Assembly: GCA_030668875.1 (NCBI GenBank)
Contig: DAOVER010000001.1
Location: 30,001 to 62,000 of the forward strand
Length of the DNA: 32,000 nt
Reading direction: 5' to 3'
Source of the DNA: Candidatus Heimdallarchaeota archaeon
GTDB lineage: Archaea; Asgardarchaeota; Heimdallarchaeia; Heimdallarchaeales; Heimdallarchaeaceae
A program made the translations under genes and the position numbers. The notes under the pieces are model-generated. The model had not been told where the DNA came from and made no database searches. It worked only from the letters and a program-made list of their open reading frames with translations. Positions 17,346-24,688 of the stretch are shown here, piece after piece; the stretch's first letter is position 1, and each line of letters begins with the position of its first letter.

Positions 17346-17409
17346 AATTATCTAATATTTTTTTACTTAATAAATATTTATCGACAAAACAAAAATAGGA
17401 AATACTTCT

Positions 17410-17928
17410 CTACAGTATTTTCTCCAATAATTCATAAGCTTTTACTATATCTTCAGAAGCTGATGATCTTCTAGCAGCTGACCTTAACATACGTGAGTAT
17501 TGTCTTAGATCTCTATCTGTCACATCTAACAGAGACATAACATCCTCTTTTGATAGGTTATCTGCATTAGGGATTTCTATTATCTCAGATGCAAATGCAA
17601 GAGGTGTCATTTTTTCAACTATTTTTTGAACTGGCTCCCCAAAGAACTGCTTTAGATAGGTTACATCTTCATCTTTAGCTCCCCATACATATATCAACGT
17701 TTTTTGTTCTCTAAATTTTTCAACGATTTTAATTTTTGATCTAACAAAAACGAATTTCCCTTCACCAATATCCTGTTTTGACACAGAAGTTTGATAATGT
17801 TCTGCGATTTTCTCTAATTGATTTGAGATTTCTTGTTCTTTTTCTGGCTCAAAAATGACTTTCATATTATTACTTTCCATACTTAAAATAAAATTGTTTC
17901 TAACGAATCCTTCAACATTCTTAACCAT
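17410..17928 (-). CDS. Hypothetical protein overlapping the end of the XPD gene
   Basis: Protein-like ORF of about 172 aa; ATG 17928 overlaps the XPD stop (ATGGTTAA). No family recognised. Confidence 0.7.
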   Translation of the reverse strand: MVKNVEGFVRNNFILSMESNNMKVIFEPEKEQEISNQLEKIAEHYQTSVSKQDIGEGKFVFVRSKIKIVEKFREQKTLIYVWGAKDEDVTYLKQFFGEPVQKIVEKMTPLAFASEIIEIPNADNLSKEDVMSLLDVTDRDLRQYSRMLRSAARRSSASEDIVKAYELLEKIL

Positions 17929-20077
17929 GATGAAATTCAAAGAACTTTTCTAATTTTTTTGCAATTTTTTCTTTTTCTGGTTGGACGACGTGAAAATTCT
18001 CTTTCAACCAGTTGGGTAAGTGCTTCTTATAATAGTGACGAGCAAATCGGTAATCCAGAAGAATGATAGCTGCATAATCTTCTAAGCTTCGAATTGGTCT
18101 TCCAGCTGCTTGAGAAGCTCTAGTTAATGCTGGGATATTATATCCAAATTCTCTTCCCTTAGTCGGAAACTGACTTTCTAAATACTCGATAGATGCATTG
18201 ACAGTAGGTGTTGGTCGAGCATAAGGTATCCCTACTACAACTACACTTTGCATCTGGCTAGCAGGATAATCGCTTCCCTCCGATGATCTTCCTCCAAGAA
18301 CAGATAATAGGACTCCACCTTCTCTCTTAGATTCATTCTTGAAGGCTTTGATTAAATCATCCGTTTCTAAAGAGGACATGCCTTTATGAGTAATGAACAT
18401 TGGTTTCGACAAATTCTTTTCTAGTCCTGAATCAAGAATGCTCTCCAATACTGCATAACTTGCACAGAATATGCCTGTATTTTTTGGTGTTGATTCTACA
18501 ACTGCTTCAATGATACTTACCATACTTGCATAGGTTGTAGGTGTTCTATCCTCTAATTTTGATGATAATTTATCGATTATCAAAGTTACATGATTTTCAT
18601 CTTTGTATGGTGATGGTAGTAACAGAGTAACAACTTCATTTGGATTTAGACCTATTAATGAAGTATATGATTCAATTGGGTCAAGTGTTCCAGATGCAGA
18701 AACTGTTGCATAAGTTTTTGAGAAGACTTCATCTGTAATTGTTCGTGGATCCAAAGATAGGGTTACTAATCTTGGAATTGGATTACCTGCTTTTGATTCA
18801 CTTTTTGTTAGAAAATGAGCGAATTCGACCTTCTCTTTAGTTTCCACCAAAACACTAAGATGATTTGCAACAGCTGAAGCATGGGATAAAGGAGCTTTGT
18901 TTTGCTTCATTTGCTGATCTTTTACTAGATCACCTAGATGGTTGAGTGATTGAATTAACTCTTTATCAATTGTAATTTTAGCTCTTCTTTCTACAGTTAA
19001 AAGAAAATTTGACGAATCAATTCTAATTTCCTGATTTTGGTCCATGTTTTTTATTTCATTCATTAAAGTAGATGAAAGAGATTCAAGAAAGTCATAAACT
19101 TCTCCTTCTCTGTGTTTCATAGCTTCTGATGAGGCATTGTCAATAGAATAGTTTGACAAAGATGAACTACTTATATCAACAGCAGTTGAAGGAAGATTGT
19201 GGGCTTCGTCTACAATTACTATAAGATCTGAAAGTTCTTTCTCAAGATTGTTTAAGAGTATTTTTCTAATGAAAGGATTGAAGATATATTGATAACTTGT
19301 TGCAACAACATTTGCTTTAGGAAGTGACTTAACCGAGATTTCAAAAGGACACACTTCTAGATTCTGACCAATTTCTATTAGTTCTTGACTATCTAGAACC
19401 TTATTTTGTATGATTTTATTTACACTTTCTGACTTTGATTTTTTTGCAAGGTTTGTGAAATATTTGCATTTTCCTTCTTTCTTTAGATACCTGCAGATGT
19501 CAGATGCATTTGCAGCATCCACTGCGAATTTTTTGATAATGTGATGTAAGCATAACTCTCTTCTCCCTCTTAATGCTAAACCTGTTACTTGATTGAGTTG
19601 TTTTATTAGTTTTAATTCTTCAGCAACTCTACTCATTTGTTGATGAGTTCTACAACAATATACGATCGTTTTTTTCTTTTCTTTTGCTATTGGTAAAACT
19701 GCTGCTAACAAAGAAATGGTTTTGCCAACACCATTTGCAGCTTGAATAATAATTTGAGACCCTTTTGACATGTTTTCAGAAATTTTTTCTATTATTTGTT
19801 TTTGAAGGGGTCTTATCTCTAAATAAGGGAAGTACTTCTCCCATTCAACAGTTGCTGAACTTATGTCCTCTTTAATACCTTTTTTAATCTCTTTTAATTC
19901 ATCTGGTAACCGATCTGAACCAATATCTCCTTTACCTATACTATCATTCATAGAGATATATGAACCACATTTTTTGCATCTAGATTTTCCATCTACAAAT
20001 AGTATTTTTCCACAAGTAGGACAAAAAGTATAGTTGTCATCAACCTTGACTACATTACCAGAGTTAGACTTATTCAT
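17921..20077 (-). CDS. xpd: XPD/Rad3-family 5'-3' SF2 helicase with Fe-S cluster and N-terminal Zn ribbon
   Basis: Q motif FPY..RP.Q, Walker A ANGVGKT, RTHQQ, four Fe-S Cys (ELC, DIC, GKC, VCPF), DEAHNL, SASGTL, GGRSSEGSD, VVGIPY, QAAGRPIRSLEDY. ATG 20077 preferred over TTG 20122. Confidence 0.93.
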   Translation of the reverse strand: MNKSNSGNVVKVDDNYTFCPTCGKILFVDGKSRCKKCGSYISMNDSIGKGDIGSDRLPDELKEIKKGIKEDISSATVEWEKYFPYLEIRPLQKQIIEKISENMSKGSQIIIQAANGVGKTISLLAAVLPIAKEKKKTIVYCCRTHQQMSRVAEELKLIKQLNQVTGLALRGRRELCLHHIIKKFAVDAANASDICRYLKKEGKCKYFTNLAKKSKSESVNKIIQNKVLDSQELIEIGQNLEVCPFEISVKSLPKANVVATSYQYIFNPFIRKILLNNLEKELSDLIVIVDEAHNLPSTAVDISSSSLSNYSIDNASSEAMKHREGEVYDFLESLSSTLMNEIKNMDQNQEIRIDSSNFLLTVERRAKITIDKELIQSLNHLGDLVKDQQMKQNKAPLSHASAVANHLSVLVETKEKVEFAHFLTKSESKAGNPIPRLVTLSLDPRTITDEVFSKTYATVSASGTLDPIESYTSLIGLNPNEVVTLLLPSPYKDENHVTLIIDKLSSKLEDRTPTTYASMVSIIEAVVESTPKNTGIFCASYAVLESILDSGLEKNLSKPMFITHKGMSSLETDDLIKAFKNESKREGGVLLSVLGGRSSEGSDYPASQMQSVVVVGIPYARPTPTVNASIEYLESQFPTKGREFGYNIPALTRASQAAGRPIRSLEDYAAIILLDYRFARHYYKKHLPNWLKENFHVVQPEKEKIAKKLEKFFEFHHG

Positions 20078-20238
20078 AAGTTCGTTTCTTCTTTTAATAT
20101 GTCTTATTAAAGTCTTTGTCAAGGTTAAAGATGCATAATTAAAAATCTACCAATTTTATATGTTTTTGCTATATTTATTGATTGTAAATAGATTAACTTT
20201 ATATGATTCCGTATCCATTGTATTTACAGCAGCTACTA

Positions 20239-20401
20239 AAACCAGACTTGAATGAAATTTGAGTAAATATTTAAATACAACAGATTTACAAGAGAAATTT
20301 CGTGAGAATCAAGCTCACGAAAATATGGTTCAGAGCTAATTGCGCAAGTTTAACTTGCATTAGAGGTCACACTAAGTAGTCTGGTTTAAGGTTAAGCTTA
20401 A
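20239..20401. repeat. Nested inverted repeats in the xpd/TPR divergent spacer
   Basis: aaaccagact (20239-48) / agtctggttt (20378-87); tttcgtgag (20298-306) / ctcacgaaa (20314-22); ctaat..gcaagt / acttgc.attag (20336-63); palindromes tatttaaata (20268-77) and ttaagcttaa (20392-401). Confidence 0.7.
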
Positions 20402-22179
20402 TGACTCAAGAACAGAATAGAAATTTAGAAGAATTGTTGGAAAACACTACCGTCCTATTGGAAACTATAGCTTCTGAAATTGTACATTCAACAACCAAAA
20501 TCTATGCTTGTTATCAACCTGGTGATATTAATTCTAGTCTGTTTAATTTTGAAAACAGGGATGTAATTGATGATTTTAAAGAAAATTTTAGTGTGATTAA
20601 GGAAACACTGAAGAAAAACATCTCTTCTCTTCCTTACAAAGAGAAAAATAATGAAGTTCTAATTCTAGCAAATCTTCTTTCCGAATTAAAGGAGTTTGAT
20701 TTAGCTTTAGATTTGTACAAAAATCTCGCGAAACTAAACACCAATAACCACTTTGCTTGGACAAATCTGATGACAATTTATATCCATAAGGGGATGCATT
20801 CAGATGCAATGGAATGTTATCTTCATTTACCACCTGATTTCATAGAATATTCAACCAATGAAAAAACTAATTCAAGTGCAGATTCTTACAGGATTTTGAA
20901 TATTTCAACTGCTTATCCTATGTATCATTCGCTTCGTTCTTTAGGTGGTCAAGTTAAAGAACCTAAAGAATTGAAACAGCAATATGAACAAGAACTGAGA
21001 GACTTGTACTCCATAAAGGAGTTTGTAATAGGTCAAGAAGAATTAGAAAAGGGGAACTTTGATGAAGCTTTCATTCAACTTTCAAGCGTAGCACAGAAAT
21101 TTTCTGATAGCCACGTTCTACAATTTTTCATTGGTAACGCTGCTTTAGAAGGAAAACACTATATCATTGCGGAAGAATATTTCAAGAAAGCAATTCAGAT
21201 TAAAAGTGAGATTCCTGAATATTGGGCTGAACTCGCTGATTGTTTCTTTGCACAACATAAGAACGATCAAGCTATAAAGGCTTTGAAAACAGCTTTAGCA
21301 ATTGATCCTGCAAATCAAAAATGTTGGGAATTAGCGGGGAGAATGATTTCTACTATTGAATCACAAGGGGAATATGATTATTTCATAAAACAGATTCAGT
21401 TAATGCCCTCAGCTGAAGCAATTCTGAATTTCATTGATGGTCTTATACAAAAGAAGAGATATGATAATACATTAGAAATTCTCCAGATTGGAGTTTCTAA
21501 GTTTCCAGAAAATACTGAAATATTGGAGAATCTAGCTCTTGTTTACGAACGAATGGGCAAATTTGATGAAGCAATCGGGATATATGAAGAGCTTTTAATG
21601 TCTGGTAAATCAGTTCAGAAGTATTTAAGAAAAATCACTTCAATTCTTACAGTTTTACACGATGACAAGAGGCTTGTAAAAATACTCAAAATGGTATCTT
21701 CATATCTTCCATGGGATGAAACTACACTATGGAATAAGATAGGTGATCTACTTATGAGGGCTAAAGATTATCTAGGAGCAAGTGAAGCATTCAGAAAAGT
21801 GATCTCTTTTGATGCTGATGATCCTCGTATTCAATTCAATTTAGGTCTTGCTTATCAGGAATTAAATCTATTCAAAAAGGCTGAAGAAACATATAGAAAA
21901 GTACTAGAATTAAATCCTAGCGATCACGCTGCCCTCAATAATCTTGGAAATGTATTAAAAGAGTTAAAGCGATATGATGAAGCTATTGACGCATATCAAA
22001 CAGCTATTGATTTTGAACCAAAGAAGGCCATTTCTTGGGCAAACTTAGGTATTCTTTACGAAGAACTGAAGTTGAAAAATGAAGCAAAAGATTGCTATCA
22101 GAAAGCTAAGGATATTGCTTTAAAAAACAAGGATTACAAATCAGCTGCCCAATTTGAAGAATGGGAAAACTCCCTATGA
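20401..22179 (+). CDS. Tetratricopeptide repeat protein (about a dozen TPRs)
   Basis: Repeated TPR patterns such as QFNLGLAYQELNLFKKAEETYRKVLELNP, ALNNLGNVLKELKRYDEAIDAYQTAIDFEP and SWANLGILYEEL. No catalytic domain recognised. Confidence 0.9.
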   Translation: MTQEQNRNLEELLENTTVLLETIASEIVHSTTKIYACYQPGDINSSLFNFENRDVIDDFKENFSVIKETLKKNISSLPYKEKNNEVLILANLLSELKEFDLALDLYKNLAKLNTNNHFAWTNLMTIYIHKGMHSDAMECYLHLPPDFIEYSTNEKTNSSADSYRILNISTAYPMYHSLRSLGGQVKEPKELKQQYEQELRDLYSIKEFVIGQEELEKGNFDEAFIQLSSVAQKFSDSHVLQFFIGNAALEGKHYIIAEEYFKKAIQIKSEIPEYWAELADCFFAQHKNDQAIKALKTALAIDPANQKCWELAGRMISTIESQGEYDYFIKQIQLMPSAEAILNFIDGLIQKKRYDNTLEILQIGVSKFPENTEILENLALVYERMGKFDEAIGIYEELLMSGKSVQKYLRKITSILTVLHDDKRLVKILKMVSSYLPWDETTLWNKIGDLLMRAKDYLGASEAFRKVISFDADDPRIQFNLGLAYQELNLFKKAEETYRKVLELNPSDHAALNNLGNVLKELKRYDEAIDAYQTAIDFEPKKAISWANLGILYEELKLKNEAKDCYQKAKDIALKNKDYKSAAQFEEWENSL

Positions 22180-22736
22180 AATCTGAAGATAAATCGAATT
22201 CTCCAGATTGGAGGATAGCTCAAAATTCTATAGCTAAGTTTCTTTCAGAGAATAGTTTTGATGTTTGGGAAGAAAGATCTATAGGAAACAAACGAGTAGA
22301 TGTATTAGCTAAATGTGAGTATAAGGGAAAAACATTCTATCTTGTTTTTGAGGTGAAACATTATCAGAATGTTACTCCTAGTGTAGAAGAAAAATTTATC
22401 CAACAACTAGAAGAATATGTGCGAACTCTTATTCTAAGAGAAATACAAAGGAAATCGTACAACCAAATTATTGAACATTATGTCTTTATAGGATATCTGA
22501 TACTATCAAAGGATTATGGTATTTTTCTGAATAGAAGAAAGAATTGGCGGAAAAAAGCATATTTTACAGAGAATACTGTGTTAAGTAAAATTTGGAAGAG
22601 AAATGTTCACTTTTATTGCTCATCTCCCAAATTCATCAGAAAAAATTTGGAATCACAAGGGATTTCTTTCTATACACAATCTAAAATATCAGACTTTTTG
22701 ACGCGCAGTAGCAATAATCATAAAAAACCCAAGTAG
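22176..22736 (+). CDS. PD-(D/E)xK (restriction endonuclease-like) nuclease with C-terminal PIP-box-like motif
   Basis: Q...A..L....F.V......RVDVLA......FEVKH....Q...Y; tail QSKISDFL. ATG 22176 overlaps the TPR stop (ATGA). Confidence 0.75.
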   Translation: MKSEDKSNSPDWRIAQNSIAKFLSENSFDVWEERSIGNKRVDVLAKCEYKGKTFYLVFEVKHYQNVTPSVEEKFIQQLEEYVRTLILREIQRKSYNQIIEHYVFIGYLILSKDYGIFLNRRKNWRKKAYFTENTVLSKIWKRNVHFYCSSPKFIRKNLESQGISFYTQSKISDFLTRSSNNHKKPK

Positions 22737-22750
22737 TAATTAAGTAATGT

Positions 22751-23674
22751 ATGAGTACTAATCTTATATCACTAAAAGATCAGATGTTTGCAATTCACAT
22801 AATCGATCAAGGTATAAGTTTACATAGTGAAAAATTCTCTGATTTCCTTAACATAGATGACGTTTTAGTTTTTGGTTTTATCTCCGCTCTTCACAGCTAC
22901 ACATACTCAATTGGCGATGAAGAGGTTCTCTCAATGGATTTCGGTAAAGCGAAATTTTTGTTTAAATCTCTTCATGATAAAAGATTATTAGTTGTCATAA
23001 TGAAGAAAGCTTTACCTCAAGAGCAAGAACAAGCTATGCTCAACGAATTAGCTACGCGATATGAATTCATAGTATCAAATAAAGATATTTCCGAAATTCA
23101 ATCTCTTATCGATGTTAAAGAGAGATTAATACCACTTGAATTAGTGGTTGAGATGAGGAGAAAAAAAGAAAAAAAATCATCATCCACTTCTATTGATAAT
23201 GAAATACTTATTCCTCCTCCACCTACTACTTTAACAATCCCAGAGGTGAAAGTGGAACGTTTCTATTTAGAGGGTTTGGTAAATGAAGAATTTCTTTCAG
23301 AGACAATTATGGTTCAAATAAAGAAAACTTTGAGCAATTTCTTTCTTGGTTACAAAAAACTATTAGTGGGTCTATTTGTAATTGCTAAAGAAAATAATCT
23401 TGTTACTTTCGCTTTTAGCAGAAAACCAATAGATGAAATATTTCCATTAATACATACCGTTCTAACTAATCCTGTTATCCGAGACAAAACATTAGATACT
23501 GATCATGACTCACCTAAGAAAATAGAAGTAGAAAACCAAGAACTCTGGTTTCTTACAAATACAGAAAGCAAACATGCTGCACGTACTGTTTTGTTCAGTC
23601 TATCAGAAGATGAACTTAACTCAATGCTTCCACATTTAAGTAGAATCATGCACTTTCTCAAGAAAGTAATATGA
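22751..23674 (+). CDS. Longin-domain protein with a second longin/roadblock-like domain
   Basis: N-terminal Asgard longin pattern (IHIIDQGISL..D..LVFGFISAL..Y...IG.E....M.F...KF.F..L....L.VV), Lys/Ser/Pro-rich linker, then an alpha-beta-beta-alpha-beta-beta-beta-alpha pattern inferred from hydrophobicity. Confidence 0.6.
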   Translation: MSTNLISLKDQMFAIHIIDQGISLHSEKFSDFLNIDDVLVFGFISALHSYTYSIGDEEVLSMDFGKAKFLFKSLHDKRLLVVIMKKALPQEQEQAMLNELATRYEFIVSNKDISEIQSLIDVKERLIPLELVVEMRRKKEKKSSSTSIDNEILIPPPPTTLTIPEVKVERFYLEGLVNEEFLSETIMVQIKKTLSNFFLGYKKLLVGLFVIAKENNLVTFAFSRKPIDEIFPLIHTVLTNPVIRDKTLDTDHDSPKKIEVENQELWFLTNTESKHAARTVLFSLSEDELNSMLPHLSRIMHFLKKVI

Positions 23675-23818
23675 TTTATTGCCACTTTTTATACTATTAT
23701 CCATTTTAATTGAAGTGAAAACTAATTAGAATAAATTATTAAATACGCGAAATATTTAAATCAAAAACAAAGATAAGATTGATAAAGGGTAAACAATTAA
23801 ACATTCTTTAGAGAATCG

Positions 23819-24205
23819 GTGGATAAAATGAGATTATCAGGACAACAGATAGAGGAAATATTACATGAGTTTGAATCAAATACTGAAGGAATACTTGGTT
23901 GTTCAATTATAACTTCTAAAGACGCATTATTATTAGCTGAATCTTCACAAAAATTTGAACGGTTGGTTATTCAATGGTTGAGTGAAAAAATGTTATCTTT
24001 AGCAAAAGAATCTCTCAAGCAGCTTATGAATGAATTTACTTTGATGAGTGTAACCATCGAAGAGAAAGACCATTTTGTATATCTAAGACCAATTGGTGAA
24101 TCTTATTACACGGTGATAATTACAACTAAAGAAGAAAATAGAGGTCTTTTAGAGCACAACATCAAGAGATTATTACAAAAACTTGCGCCCCTAATGACTG
24201 TTTAA
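23819..24205 (+). CDS. Roadblock/LC7 (MglB/LAMTOR2-like) domain protein
   Basis: About 125 aa: helix, GILGCSII..D.LLLA, helix, VTIE....VYLRPIG..YY.VII, C-terminal helix. Start is GTG 23819 or ATG 23828. Confidence 0.8.
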   Translation: MDKMRLSGQQIEEILHEFESNTEGILGCSIITSKDALLLAESSQKFERLVIQWLSEKMLSLAKESLKQLMNEFTLMSVTIEEKDHFVYLRPIGESYYTVIITTKEENRGLLEHNIKRLLQKLAPLMTV

Positions 24206-24229
24206 TCCACGTACTAAAGGTAGAGAATT

Positions 24230-24616
24230 ATGGATGTTACGACTTTAAAGATATTAGCAAAAATGGCTAATGGAGAAGAAGGACCAAATATCAGATTCAA
24301 CTTTGTTTCTCCAGATAACGATGAAGTAATTTGCTCTTCCAGCACTTTGGAGGAACTTTATGAATGTGTTATTAAGATTGGATCTAATGTTTTGCATAAA
24401 CATGTTTGTACATGTGAAAATTTAGAAGAGATTACCAATGCAAAAGATCTTGCTTTTTATGTTCACTATGTATTTGGTGACGTAGAATTGTCCATGAAAT
24501 TATATAGTGCGGCAGAAAGATTTCAAGATAATCCCGATAAGTTAAAACTTGAAATTGGGAACCTGTTTTTTACAAGACTTCTAAATTATAGTGAAATAGC
24601 ACTAATTCCAGATTAA
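24230..24616 (+). CDS. DUF5752-like protein
   Basis: F.F.........S.TLEEL...V..I....L..H.......DLA.YV..VFGD.EL..KL resembles the DUF5752 pattern as recalled (F.F....A..L.E....L......L.FH...NDF..WI...LGD..LA..L). Confidence 0.55.
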   Translation: MDVTTLKILAKMANGEEGPNIRFNFVSPDNDEVICSSSTLEELYECVIKIGSNVLHKHVCTCENLEEITNAKDLAFYVHYVFGDVELSMKLYSAAERFQDNPDKLKLEIGNLFFTRLLNYSEIALIPD

Positions 24617-24688
24617 GGTGATAATCACAATTCTTTTTTATAATTCATTTTTGTTAATTATTGTTCTAAAATAATTAGGTGTTAAATA

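Noticed and set aside
20221-20400. Replication origin or transposon in the xpd/TPR spacer
   Set aside because: No ORB-like TCCA..GGA/G-string repeats, no adjacent orc1/cdc6, no transposase and no clear target-site duplication. Kept only as an unexplained structured element.
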